Source: a bacterium (GTDB taxonomy: Bacteria > UBP14 > UBA6098). From it: a stretch of 64,000 bases of DNA. A model generated the notes under the pieces. The model was given only the letters and a program-made list of their open reading frames with translations, searched no databases and was not told the origin of the DNA. Below, one piece after another: positions 39,676-49,365 of the stretch; position 1 is the first letter of the stretch; each line of letters begins with the position of its first letter. The position numbers and the translations under genes were made by a program. The DNA is taken from contig JAGLDC010000029.1 of NCBI GenBank assembly GCA_023145965.1, forward strand, positions 3,272 to 67,271. The letters are read 5' to 3'.

Positions 39676-40037
39676 TGGCTGGAACAAACAGTCTCTATAT
39701 ACTCAATATGGCGCTTATGGGGATGGGCATTTACGCTCTCATCGCAAAGCGACATATTATTAAGAAAATAATCGGCGTAGTCATCATGGAATATGCGATA
39801 AATCTCTTCTTGATCCTAATCGGATACAAAACTGATGGTATCGCGCCAATCCAGGACTCGTCCATCTCAGCAGCACAACTTGCTGTTAGGGCAGTTGACC
39901 CATTGCCACAGGCGTTCGTTCTTACATCGATCGTTATCGGCCTTGGAACGCTTGCCCTTATGGCCAGTCAGGCGATTAAGTTGTATGAAAAATATAAGAC
40001 ATTCGATATGTCTGAAATAAACCGCCTTCGCGGGTAG
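39675..40037 (+). CDS. MrpC/NuoK-like small membrane subunit
   Basis: 120 aa, 3 TM helices. Resembles the NADH-quinone oxidoreductase 4L/MnhC family. Confidence 0.7.
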   Translation: MAGTNSLYILNMALMGMGIYALIAKRHIIKKIIGVVIMEYAINLFLILIGYKTDGIAPIQDSSISAAQLAVRAVDPLPQAFVLTSIVIGLGTLALMASQAIKLYEKYKTFDMSEINRLRG

Positions 40038-40044
40038 AAAGGGG

Positions 40045-41550
40045 ATGCCGATGAACCACGTTCTACCGTTAATGGTCGGAATCCCGCTCGGTATGACGGT
40101 AATTAATTTGCTTTTAACTAAGGCGAACAAGAGAATAGCCGATGTTATAGCACCGTTAACCGTTTTAGTTACCGCTTTGATGTCATTCTATCTACTCGGT
40201 TCAGCCAAAGCCGCCTATTGGATGGGCGGTTGGTATCCACCGTTTGGGATAACTTTAGTCTATGACGGCTTATCGGCCATGTTACTCATTATCGTTAATA
40301 CTGTTGCCTTCCTGTCTATATTCTACAGTATTTCCTATATGGAGAAATATACAGCCAAGCCAAAGTTCTATTCGCTATTTCTTTTGATGCTTGCAGGAAT
40401 GAACGGTGTTGTCATCACCGGCGATTTATTTAACCTCTTTGTTTTCCTCGAGATAGCATCTATAGCGAGCTATGCCCTCGTTGGGTTCGGCGTCGAACAT
40501 AAAGAACTCGAGGCTAGCTTTAAATATCTGATTCTCGGTTCTATAGCGAGCACGATGATCCTTCTTGGTATCGCGTTGACTTATGCAATGACCGGCACTG
40601 TGAACATGGCTGATGCTGCAATAATGCTTCAATCCATTCCCGCTTCCAAGGCTATGTCCTTCGCAGCAGGTGTTTTTATTATGGGATTCGCTCTTAAATC
40701 CGGTCTTGTTCCATTTCATGCATGGCTTCCCGATGCACACCCAAGCGCTCCAGCTCCAGTCTCGGCAATGCTTTCTGGTGTTCTCATCAAAGCTATAGGT
40801 GTTTATGCTATGCTCAGGGTCATTTTCAATGTCCTTGGTCCTACACCAATCAATCTTGAGATAATGGTAGTTCTCGGCTCGTTGTCTATGGCTGTCGGTG
40901 GCTTCCTAGCACTCGGTCAGTTCGATATTAAGAGAATGTTAGCATATAGCTCTATCTCACAAATAGGCTATATCGTTATGGCTTTTGGCCTTGGAACACA
41001 TCTTGGATTCGTTGCCGGCTTATTCCACATGGTTAATCACTCTGCTTTTAAGAGCCTTCTTTTCCTTTCAAGCGGCTCTATCGAACATGCTACCGGCACT
41101 AAGGATCTTCGTAAACTCGGTGGTCTTTCCAGTAAATTACCGATTACGACAACTTCTACTCTTGTTGGTGCTCTATCTATATCCGGCGTTCCGCCTTTTA
41201 ACGGCTTTTTTAGTAAACTTTTAATCATTATAGCCTGCGTCTCAGCGGGGCGTTGGTTCCTTGCCGCCCTCGCTGCGGCTGTTAGTGTTATCACGCTTAT
41301 CTACTTCCTAAAAGCTATGCGCTTCAGCCTCTTTGGAGAGCTTTCCAAAAAAATGCAAAATATACGCGAGGTTCCTTTCCCGATGGCTTTTAGCCTTATC
41401 GCCCTCTCAGTTATCTGCCTCGGCATTGGTATCGCTTATTTCATCGGGCCAACCTTTAACGACCTTTTCCTTGAACCTGCCGCCGCCGTTCTTTTAGATG
41501 GTCTTAAGAACAACGCTGCAAATTATATTTCCACGGTATTAGGAGGATAG
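40045..41550 (+). CDS. Antiporter-like membrane subunit MrpD/NuoN/NuoM-like
   Basis: HAWLPDAHPSAPAPVSAMLSGVLIKAIGVYAMLR is the conserved antiporter-core motif. 501 aa. Confidence 0.85.
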   Translation: MPMNHVLPLMVGIPLGMTVINLLLTKANKRIADVIAPLTVLVTALMSFYLLGSAKAAYWMGGWYPPFGITLVYDGLSAMLLIIVNTVAFLSIFYSISYMEKYTAKPKFYSLFLLMLAGMNGVVITGDLFNLFVFLEIASIASYALVGFGVEHKELEASFKYLILGSIASTMILLGIALTYAMTGTVNMADAAIMLQSIPASKAMSFAAGVFIMGFALKSGLVPFHAWLPDAHPSAPAPVSAMLSGVLIKAIGVYAMLRVIFNVLGPTPINLEIMVVLGSLSMAVGGFLALGQFDIKRMLAYSSISQIGYIVMAFGLGTHLGFVAGLFHMVNHSAFKSLLFLSSGSIEHATGTKDLRKLGGLSSKLPITTTSTLVGALSISGVPPFNGFFSKLLIIIACVSAGRWFLAALAAAVSVITLIYFLKAMRFSLFGELSKKMQNIREVPFPMAFSLIALSVICLGIGIAYFIGPTFNDLFLEPAAAVLLDGLKNNAANYISTVLGG

Positions 41551-41551
41551 A

Positions 41552-42040
41552 ATGAGAGCTATTATTCAATTTCTTGTCCTGATGATCTTATGGCTCTTGA
41601 TAACTTGGAGCCTTCAATTCGCGGACGTTATTGCTGGTGCCGTGGTTTCTATTATTGTTATTGCTTTAATGGGCAACATGTTTATTCAAAAAGCCGTTCG
41701 CATCCTCAACCCTGTTCGCCTTTTTTGGACGATCGTTTACATTCCCTACCTGCTTTGGTATATTCTTTGGGCGAATATCGATGTTGCATACAGGGTTATC
41801 AATCCTTCGATGCCAATTCGTCCCGGCATAGTTCATTTCAAGACAAGTCTAAAAACAGATATGGGTAAAACCTTTCTCGCAAACTCCATTACGCTCACCC
41901 CCGGAACTCTCACTGTAGATATTGTGGACGACGAGTTTTTCGTTCACTGGATCAATGTTAAATTCGACGGCGATTCCAAAAAACAGGGTGAAGAGATAGC
42001 CGGCAAGTTCGAGCGTATTCTCAGGAGGATATTCGAATGA
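41552..42040 (+). CDS. MrpE/MnhE-like subunit
   Basis: SITLTPGTLTVDI motif and TM N-terminus. Confidence 0.7.
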   Translation: MRAIIQFLVLMILWLLITWSLQFADVIAGAVVSIIVIALMGNMFIQKAVRILNPVRLFWTIVYIPYLLWYILWANIDVAYRVINPSMPIRPGIVHFKTSLKTDMGKTFLANSITLTPGTLTVDIVDDEFFVHWINVKFDGDSKKQGEEIAGKFERILRRIFE

Positions 42041-42303
42041 GTGTTTTGATGATGATATACATTTGGGCGCTGGTTATCGGTGCATTTTTATGTCTATACC
42101 GTATAGGTATGGGGCCAACCCCACCGGACAGAACTGTTGCTATCGATATACTCGGCACCCTCGTAGTCGGTTTCTGCGCTTTTTTAAGCCTTTTCACCGG
42201 CAAGGATTTCTATATGAATATCGGAATATCGTGGGCGCTTTTGGCCTTCGTCGGCACAATCGCCCTTGCGAAATTCCTCGAGAGGAGAAGCTTCGATGAG
42301 TGA
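42037..42303 (+). CDS. MrpF/MnhF-like subunit
   Basis: 88 aa. GPTPPDRTVAIDILGT motif. Confidence 0.7.
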   Translation: MSVLMMIYIWALVIGAFLCLYRIGMGPTPPDRTVAIDILGTLVVGFCAFLSLFTGKDFYMNIGISWALLAFVGTIALAKFLERRSFDE

Positions 42304-42631
42304 GACTATCGGATATATTTTAATATCAATCGGCGTGTTATTCGATGTTCTCGGATGTGTCGGTTTAGTCCGACTTCCGGATGTCTATAACCGCCTTCAA
42401 GCCGCCACTAAATGCGTTACTCTAGGGACGTGCATGATCCTTTTTGGCGTTTTTATTATCAGCGGTTTTTCCGCTATGGGAATCAAGGCACTTATCTGCA
42501 TGTTCTTCATTCTCATAACTAATCCCACAAGCGCCCATGCTTTGGCAAGGGGCTCCCACAAGGCCGGCGTGCCGTTATGGCCCGGTTCCGTTACAGATGA
42601 ATACCAGAAAGCTCAGGAGAAGAAATCATGA
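42296..42631 (+). CDS. MrpG/MnhG-like subunit
   Basis: LVRLPDVYNRLQAATKCVTLGT motif. Start at MSETIGY after a GAGGAG RBS. Overlaps the upstream stop. Confidence 0.7.
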   Translation: MSETIGYILISIGVLFDVLGCVGLVRLPDVYNRLQAATKCVTLGTCMILFGVFIISGFSAMGIKALICMFFILITNPTSAHALARGSHKAGVPLWPGSVTDEYQKAQEKKS

Positions 42632-43236
42632 GGAAACCCAAGCTCAGAGAGTTGGGCGAGGCAATAAAGGCTATCGTTAAAGGACCTTATACTGATAAAT
42701 TCCCGTTCAAACCTGCGAACATAGCTGAGGAATACAAAGGCTTTCCAGAATTCCAGGAGGATGGATGTGTTCGTTGTGGTGGATGTGTTCAGATATGCCC
42801 TGTTAAAGCCATCAAGATGATCGACGAGCCTGAAACCGGAAAACGGATCATGTTCCGCGATTACAGCCAATGTATTCAGTGTGGTCAATGCGCTGAATAT
42901 TGCCTTACCAGTGAAGGTATAGTCATGACCACCGAATGGGACAAGACCACTCTCGACCCAACAACTATCCATGAACAGGTAGAAGATGATTTGGTCTTTT
43001 GCGAGTCTTGCGCTGCGGTTATTACCACTAAAAAACACATGGATTTCATTATCGAGCGACTCGGTGAATTAGCATATTCCAATCCTTCGCTTGTTATGCA
43101 CCATAATTATCAGATGGGTCTTGCGGACAAAGATGCCGGTAAAAACCATGAGGGTTTCTGGCGCGAGGATTATATGCGTATTCTCTGTCCCAACTGCAGA
43201 CGCAATCTCGTGTTCAAAGAAGAGTGGGGCGGATAA
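42628..43236 (+). CDS. NuoI/HycF/MbhN-like 2x[4Fe-4S] ferredoxin subunit
   Basis: CVRCGGCVQICPVKAI and CIQCGQCAEYC clusters. Confidence 0.8.
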   Translation: MRKPKLRELGEAIKAIVKGPYTDKFPFKPANIAEEYKGFPEFQEDGCVRCGGCVQICPVKAIKMIDEPETGKRIMFRDYSQCIQCGQCAEYCLTSEGIVMTTEWDKTTLDPTTIHEQVEDDLVFCESCAAVITTKKHMDFIIERLGELAYSNPSLVMHHNYQMGLADKDAGKNHEGFWREDYMRILCPNCRRNLVFKEEWGG

Positions 43237-43270
43237 ACAAGATTCGCTGTTATTGGACTATAAAACCTAC

Positions 43271-43303
43271 GGGGAGCCGCATTTCGCGCTCCCCTTTGTT
43301 ATT
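43271..43303 (+). terminator. Rho-independent terminator of hydrogenase operon
   Basis: GGGGAGC-cgcatttcgc-GCTCCCC stem followed by TTTGTT, 35 nt after the last gene stop. Confidence 0.7.
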
Positions 43304-43459
43304 CCCTTCTTTTAAAATAACCAACTATCTTTAAATCTGCAATAATTTCTCTTATCTTTCTCGTTATTTTCATTTTAGTTATTTGTATATTTATCCTGAA
43401 TACTTCGATATTCTCTTTACTCTTGCAAATTTTCTTTCTCTGACTATATTCCACCGCTT

Positions 43460-43936
43460 ATGTTCGATTCGCTTAATATTATTGGTAGCCATTTAGGAAC
43501 TGTTTTGGTCGGTGTCGGCAACGACATTTCCGGCGACGATGCCTTCGGCCCAGAGCTTGCAAGGAAACTAAAGCCCTATCTCGGCAAACGCGCCATCGAT
43601 GCTGGTCTCGCCCCCGAAAACTGGACAGGCCCGATAATTAAACTTGCGCCGTCAAAACTTATAATCGCCGATGCGGTTGCTTTCGACGAAAAACCCGGTA
43701 AGATACACCTCTTTAAACCCGAGGAACTTATCGATGGCATCCCCGCGACACATGGCCCCGGGCTTGGCGCGTTCATTGCGTATATTCGAGATAGATTACC
43801 CGATTGCGAAATCTCGATTCTCGCGGTCCAACCCGCCAAAACCGGACTTATGGTGCCAATGAGCAACGAGGTGATTGACGCGATAGAAAAGTTAGTCGAT
43901 GAATTAAAGCTCATTCTTAGTAAAGAAGAAATTTAG
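43460..43936 (+). CDS. hycI: Hydrogenase maturation endopeptidase (HycI/HyaD family)
   Basis: VLVGVGNDISGDDAFGPELARKL...D...H match the HycI/HybD core. Confidence 0.8.
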   Translation: MFDSLNIIGSHLGTVLVGVGNDISGDDAFGPELARKLKPYLGKRAIDAGLAPENWTGPIIKLAPSKLIIADAVAFDEKPGKIHLFKPEELIDGIPATHGPGLGAFIAYIRDRLPDCEISILAVQPAKTGLMVPMSNEVIDAIEKLVDELKLILSKEEI

Positions 43937-43981
43937 TCTGACATTCCCGCGAAAGCGGGAATGTCAATTTAGAGAATAACC

Positions 43982-44338
43982 ATGCACGAATTATCTATAG
44001 CGCGCGGAATAATGGCAAACCTTCGGCCCTGGCTCGACGAGCAGGATGATCGACTTAGATTAAACGAGATCGTGGTCAAATGCGGCCCTTTCCGCGCTGT
44101 TGTGCCAGATGCTCTCGAAGCCGCATGGGATGTTGTTCGCAAAGAACACAATAAAACCCTTCTATCACAGATTACTATCGACGCAACTGCAATAGCAGTC
44201 TCCTGCGGCGACTGTGGTTATTCATTTAATGTGGGAAGGCCTGTCTTTAAATGTCCGAAATGCGAAGGGGATAATCTTTCATTTTCCGGCGGAAATGAAT
44301 TATATATAGAAGATATAAAAACAAAGTTGGAGGAATAA
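43982..44338 (+). CDS. hypA: Hydrogenase nickel incorporation protein HypA
   Basis: MHELSIA N-terminus and C-terminal zinc finger CGDCG...CPKCEG. Confidence 0.9.
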   Translation: MHELSIARGIMANLRPWLDEQDDRLRLNEIVVKCGPFRAVVPDALEAAWDVVRKEHNKTLLSQITIDATAIAVSCGDCGYSFNVGRPVFKCPKCEGDNLSFSGGNELYIEDIKTKLEE

Positions 44339-44339
44339 T

Positions 44340-45044
44340 ATGTGTGAAACCTGCGGATGCGGCCAGCCCGATAAACCTGAACCCACAATCAAAAGCCCTA
44401 TCGGAAAGGACCTGCTTTCAAGCAACGATAAAATAGCAAAACATAATCGTGAACATCTTCGCCATATAGGCGCGTTTATGGTGCATCTCACTAGTTCCCC
44501 CGGAAGTGGCAAAACGACATTGCTCGAACAGACCGTCGAACGCCTGAAAGGCAAGTTGTCAATAGGTGTTATCGAGGGCGATGTCGCTACGGAAAACGAT
44601 GCCGACCGTATGCGCGCGCTCGGGGTGCCCTCGCAGGCTATAACAACCGATGGTGCATGCCATCTCAGCGCACGGCAGGTTCATCACGCCCTTCATCATC
44701 TTACCGAAGATGGAGATTTCGACCTTATCTTTGTGGAAAATGTAGGCAATCTCGTTTGCCCGGCTGATTTCGACCTCGGAGAGGATTACCGCGTGGTGCT
44801 TGTCAGCGCGACAGAAGGCGATGATAAGCCCGAGAAATACCCGCCGATCTTCAGGCGCGCCGATGCGCTGGTCGTAAGCAAAATCGACCTTTTACCGCAT
44901 GTTGAATTCGATGTCGAGAAAGTGAAAAAACACGCACGTGTCATAGCGCCTAGACTTCGCACATTCGAACTGTCGTCCAAATCCGGCAATGGCTTGGACA
45001 AATGGGTAAATTGGTTATTGAGTATTGTGCCGGCTAAGAAATAA
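44340..45044 (+). CDS. hypB: Hydrogenase nickel incorporation GTPase HypB
   Basis: N-terminal CxxCGC metal site (MCETCGCGQ) and G-domain SPGSGKTTLLE...ENVGNLVCP. Confidence 0.9.
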   Translation: MCETCGCGQPDKPEPTIKSPIGKDLLSSNDKIAKHNREHLRHIGAFMVHLTSSPGSGKTTLLEQTVERLKGKLSIGVIEGDVATENDADRMRALGVPSQAITTDGACHLSARQVHHALHHLTEDGDFDLIFVENVGNLVCPADFDLGEDYRVVLVSATEGDDKPEKYPPIFRRADALVVSKIDLLPHVEFDVEKVKKHARVIAPRLRTFELSSKSGNGLDKWVNWLLSIVPAKK

Positions 45045-47156
45045 TTATTTCAAATACACGATTCTCTTTGTGATCTCAGAATTACCGGATGACGCTCGCA
45101 CGAGATAAATTCCGCTGCCGATCGATTCGTCGGGTTGCCAGATAAATTCGCCATACCCGTCATTGCGAGCCCGAAGGGCATGGCAATCTCCTTCTGTTTG
45201 CGGCAAGATTGCCACGTCGGGCGTTGCCCTCCTCGCAATAACGTCCACCCGCCTGCCGGCGAGGTCGAAAATCTCCACGCGTAGGGGCACCTCTACGCCA
45301 TCGAGGGAGATCGTTACCGCAAAATTAAAGGGATTAGGATAGGCCGAAAGCGAAAATTCCCCCGGTAGGGCAGTTTCCTCGATAGCCGAAACATCGATGA
45401 TTCTTATAGGGGTGTCGTTCTTGTCGTTCGCAAAGTCATATTTCAAGCTGCTTATGCGGACATAGCAGTTATATACATGCCCATCGATATCGGGCACATT
45501 CCAGATATAGAAACCCCATGTGGTCGAATCTACTATCGATATCCAGGGGCCATCGGGACCAACAAACGAATACTCTATTTTAACCGCATTAAAGCTCGGT
45601 ATGCCTGATTTTTCCCAGCGGAGAATGCATGTATTGTCGTCCTCGATGGGCTCGTCGCCATTGGGATATGTAAGCTCGATTCCGGGGCCGGGATAGGTTT
45701 GATAATGCAGGGAATAATATCCATATGTCGTATCACTTTCGCCCCTGGTCATCAAATAATAAACACCGTCCTCCGACGGAAGGAACTCTATACTAAAATG
45801 CTCGTTTATTGCTGTCCCACCACTCGACACGAGAGGCGCAGAACTGCAAGAGCTATATATCTCAGCGTAGGTGTTCGAATTACCTGAAGCATAAAAGGCA
45901 TATGTGCTCTCTCTTGAGGCCGAGAACATGAACCAATCGCGGTCACCTAAGGGATATACAGCATCTCTAATAGATTGTATAGCTGGCTCCGGTGATATAT
46001 ACATCGCTTCAGTGCAGGCATCCGGGGAATCGGTGCGAGGATCTGTTTCGATATTCAAAACCCCATAATTGATAATTGAATAACCGACAGGCATACCCGA
46101 AGGAAGCGAATACCAGTTGTCGTAACTTCCTCCCCAGCCCATGTTAAGGTGATAAAGGCCGGTAGTATTGTAACCATCGCAGTTAATAGCGTGGCCATCC
46201 TCCCAACCCGCTTTATAAATCGCAAGTTGTGCCGGGCGACCAGCAATCATGTCGTCACGAAGGACATTAAGGAAACCCGCGGCATCGCCTGAGAACTGAA
46301 ACGAATTCTTGTATCCCCATTGATAATTATAGTCTTCGCCATCAACATTTGCCCCGGTGCCGTAGGAGCTGTAATTCGATTGAACACTCACCCCTGCTGC
46401 GAAAGAAAGCGCAGCTTTAAAATGATCCGAAGGATGTGGGCCGAGATATGTGTTATACTCTATAGAGTCTATCGAGGCCGTGGTGGCATCTATCGCGATA
46501 TAAGGTGGTTCCCATCCAGAAGTATAACTATCGTCTTCGGTGAAGCGCACAAATGGAGGATATTCCCAATAGTTTAATATCTGAGCCATCGAGGTTGCTG
46601 TGCAACCCACTACTGAACGGCCTCCGGATGATGGATCGATAGGGCAATAAGTATTGAATGGGGAGGTTTGCTCCCAATGTGTATCTAACAATGGCCCATA
46701 TATTTCCATGGTGCTTAGATGTCTCCTAAGTTCCATGTCTGAAGAAAGAAATGCGCGCCACATAGCATTATTTTTCTCGATCACCTCTGATGAAGTAATT
46801 TTAATTGCCTCGAACCTCATATTCATATCGAGAATAATCATATGAAATAGCACATTGTTTGAGGATGTATCGAAATCGAAGTTGGTCTCGTTTGAGTATG
46901 AAATTAGCGGTTCGATATCGCTATTCGCTGACACAACGATAAAACCCCGAGGCGAAAGTTCGAATACATAGGCTAAAGTTATCGTATCTTTTGTCAGAAA
47001 TTTAGTGGCTTTTATATCCTCACCGTTAGCGTTCGCATTGATATATGTCCGTGCCACACATTCGGCATCGTCCATTACGATTGTTGCTGCGAAAGCCGGA
47101 ACTAATACAAACAAAAGACTAGTTATAATAACTCTTCGCACGATTCGTCCTTTCAA
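45045..47156 (-). CDS. Secreted C10-family (streptopain-like) cysteine peptidase with T9SS-type C-terminal sorting domain
   Basis: Signal peptide. WEQTSPFNTYCP and catalytic Cys in GCTATSMAQILNYW, His in DGHAINCDGY. C-terminal AYPNPFNFAVTISL...VEIFDLAGRRV...GIYLVRA is a CTD. Confidence 0.8.
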   Translation of the reverse strand: MKGRIVRRVIITSLLFVLVPAFAATIVMDDAECVARTYINANANGEDIKATKFLTKDTITLAYVFELSPRGFIVVSANSDIEPLISYSNETNFDFDTSSNNVLFHMIILDMNMRFEAIKITSSEVIEKNNAMWRAFLSSDMELRRHLSTMEIYGPLLDTHWEQTSPFNTYCPIDPSSGGRSVVGCTATSMAQILNYWEYPPFVRFTEDDSYTSGWEPPYIAIDATTASIDSIEYNTYLGPHPSDHFKAALSFAAGVSVQSNYSSYGTGANVDGEDYNYQWGYKNSFQFSGDAAGFLNVLRDDMIAGRPAQLAIYKAGWEDGHAINCDGYNTTGLYHLNMGWGGSYDNWYSLPSGMPVGYSIINYGVLNIETDPRTDSPDACTEAMYISPEPAIQSIRDAVYPLGDRDWFMFSASRESTYAFYASGNSNTYAEIYSSCSSAPLVSSGGTAINEHFSIEFLPSEDGVYYLMTRGESDTTYGYYSLHYQTYPGPGIELTYPNGDEPIEDDNTCILRWEKSGIPSFNAVKIEYSFVGPDGPWISIVDSTTWGFYIWNVPDIDGHVYNCYVRISSLKYDFANDKNDTPIRIIDVSAIEETALPGEFSLSAYPNPFNFAVTISLDGVEVPLRVEIFDLAGRRVDVIARRATPDVAILPQTEGDCHALRARNDGYGEFIWQPDESIGSGIYLVRASSGNSEITKRIVYLK

Positions 47157-47280
47157 ATAATTGATTACTTAACAGTAATAAAAGAATTCTTGTTTGCAAC
47201 CGCAAGTTTTGCACCTTCAATATTTTTGGAGAGGCAAATTTTTCTGTTTCTGAATACAGTAAAATAGCTATATTGGATAA

Positions 47281-48630
47281 ATGGTGGATGTAACTGAAAT
47301 TTTATCTCATTTTAAAGCTAATTTATCAGCATTCGACCTTGCTGGGAAAAACTTACGAGTAGCTATTTCTGGTGGCTCGGATTCCGTAGCCCTTTTATGT
47401 TTGCTAAAAAAAGCATTGCCTAACACCGAGATCAAAGCTCTTCATATCGATCATGGTATTCGCCCTGAAAGCAAGAAGGAAGCCGAATTTGTTAAGGAAC
47501 TATGTGCAAGGTTTAGTATTCCGCTCGATATCCGCGAAGTTTTCGTTGAAAAATTTACGAAACAATCTACCCTCGGCCTCGAAGAGGCCGCGCGTAACCT
47601 TCGATACTGCATCTTCGCGGAATACACTGCATTAAGCGAGATAGTTGCCACAGCACATACTGCCGGAGACGTCATCGAAACCATGCTTTTCAATCTTGCC
47701 CGTGGAAGCGGGCCTCGTGGTCTTTCCGGGATACCTATATCCCGAGATGGCATCATCCGACCATTATTAAATTTCTGGCGGCGCGATCTTCAGAAATGGC
47801 TTAAATCAGAGTCCATCGATTGGATAGAAGACAAATCAAACCTCGACCTGCGCTTCAGCCGTAACCGCATTCGCTGGATGCTTATTCCCGAAATGAGGCG
47901 CGTTTTCGGGGAATCCGTGGTATATAGGCTTCGCCGTGAGGCAGATATTTTTTCATCTTGTAGCAAGTTCCTCGATTCATCAGCTCTAAAACTATTCCAA
48001 AAGGCGCGTATTATCGCTTTCGATCAAATCCTGATTATAGATTCTAAAATTGCCCTCGAAACACAATGGGGATGGGGAGAGATACTGCGCCTTTGCTCTA
48101 TCGAATTAACTAATCCAATCCCTTCTATAGATTTTGCCAACGTCTCTCGTCTATATAAAACTGCCAAAGCATCTCGCATGGGAAGGCGTTATCCCGTTTC
48201 GGGGAATCTTCATATCGAAGTTGACGGAAATCTTATATTTGTTTTCAAGGAAATACCACAAATTCGGGAAATCGAAGCATTTATCGATTCACGAATCGAA
48301 TTACAAAATGGCATGGGGGCCTTGAATATATCGAAAAATCGCCCCGGAACAGTCGTGCAATACGATGGTAAACCTTTGTCCATTCGTCCTGCTCAATCAG
48401 GCGATGAAATTAACTCCAAACGAAAACTTAGGCGCTTTTTATCAAAAAAAGGCATACCACGTCTATTGCGAGATACAATGCCCATAGTCTTTTCCGGCGA
48501 AACTCCTATATATGCGCCAATAATTGGCGCGCTGAAACCAGAACCCGCTTTGTTTTCATTATTTATCGATTATGAAGGCCCGTTGAAAAACATCTTTCTC
48601 AATAAAAGGAGCATCAATGGAAAACTATAA
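47281..48630 (+). CDS. tilS: tRNA(Ile)-lysidine synthase
   Basis: PP-loop LRVAISGGSDSVALLCLL (SGGxDS). Confidence 0.9.
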   Translation: MVDVTEILSHFKANLSAFDLAGKNLRVAISGGSDSVALLCLLKKALPNTEIKALHIDHGIRPESKKEAEFVKELCARFSIPLDIREVFVEKFTKQSTLGLEEAARNLRYCIFAEYTALSEIVATAHTAGDVIETMLFNLARGSGPRGLSGIPISRDGIIRPLLNFWRRDLQKWLKSESIDWIEDKSNLDLRFSRNRIRWMLIPEMRRVFGESVVYRLRREADIFSSCSKFLDSSALKLFQKARIIAFDQILIIDSKIALETQWGWGEILRLCSIELTNPIPSIDFANVSRLYKTAKASRMGRRYPVSGNLHIEVDGNLIFVFKEIPQIREIEAFIDSRIELQNGMGALNISKNRPGTVVQYDGKPLSIRPAQSGDEINSKRKLRRFLSKKGIPRLLRDTMPIVFSGETPIYAPIIGALKPEPALFSLFIDYEGPLKNIFLNKRSINGKL

Positions 48631-49144
48631 AATCCACAAGCTTATCGACCAAATGGCTATTAAAACACGCATTGCCGAAGTCGCGAAACAAATCGAGAAC
48701 GACTACTCCGATACTAATCCAATTATCGCTGTTGTCCTCAAAGGCGGCTTCATCTTCGCCGCCGATCTCGTGAGGAATATCAATACCCCATTCACTATAG
48801 ATTTCATTGGCGCTTCGAGTTATATCGGGACAAAATCCTCAGGTGATATTAAGATTACGAAAGACCTCAATACTCCAGTCGGAGGAAGAAACCTTATCCT
48901 CGTCGAAGATATTGTGGACACTGGCCTCACTCTTTATAATCTATGTAAAACCCTACAACAACGCGAACCACTCTCTATTAAAATCGCAGCACTACTCTTA
49001 AAAAATATCGATCGCCCTTTCGACCTACCTGTTGATTATTATGCCTTCGAGATACCCGACAAGTTCGTGGTCGGCTTCGGTTTAGACTATAATGAAAAAC
49101 ACCGCGGGTTGCCATATGTGGGCTATATCGAGCCCTTTGAATAA
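48617..49144 (+). CDS. hpt: Hypoxanthine(-guanine) phosphoribosyltransferase
   Basis: PRPP-binding LILVEDIVDTGLTL motif. 175 aa. Confidence 0.9.
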   Translation: MENYKIHKLIDQMAIKTRIAEVAKQIENDYSDTNPIIAVVLKGGFIFAADLVRNINTPFTIDFIGASSYIGTKSSGDIKITKDLNTPVGGRNLILVEDIVDTGLTLYNLCKTLQQREPLSIKIAALLLKNIDRPFDLPVDYYAFEIPDKFVVGFGLDYNEKHRGLPYVGYIEPFE

Positions 49145-49224
49145 TTCTAGCTGGTTTTCACGCTTTGTATTAACAATACAAACCCCCATCCCAAGGGCGT
49201 CGGACTCCTCGGCCCTCGGCCTCG

Positions 49225-49365
49225 AAGCCCAGCGAGAGGCCGGTCTATAATACTCCTTTATTTTGACCATTTTCGCTCCGGCCTCTCGCAGGTTTGTTCG
49301 CCGACGAAAAGCAAGCTTTTCTCCCGACAAACAAACCCGACGCCCCCCCTATAAGGTCGAGCACG
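49225..49365 (+). repeat. Intergenic repeat family copy R3, in 563-nt hpt-ftsK spacer
   Basis: GCGAGAGGCCGG-34nt-CCGGCCTCTCGC (12-bp hairpin), GAAAAGCAAGCTTTTCTC, CCCGACGCCCCCCCTATAAGG. Followed by the perfect hairpin ATAAGGTCGAGC-ac-GCTCGACCTTAT at 49352-49377. Confidence 0.6.

Noticed and set aside
47244-47259. E. coli-type LexA box look-alike CTGT-ttctgaat-ACAG upstream of tilS
   Set aside because: The consensus is specific to Gamma- and Betaproteobacteria and this organism is clearly not one (T9SS CTDs, SprB repeats). It is upstream of tilS, not an SOS gene. It is likely fortuitous.
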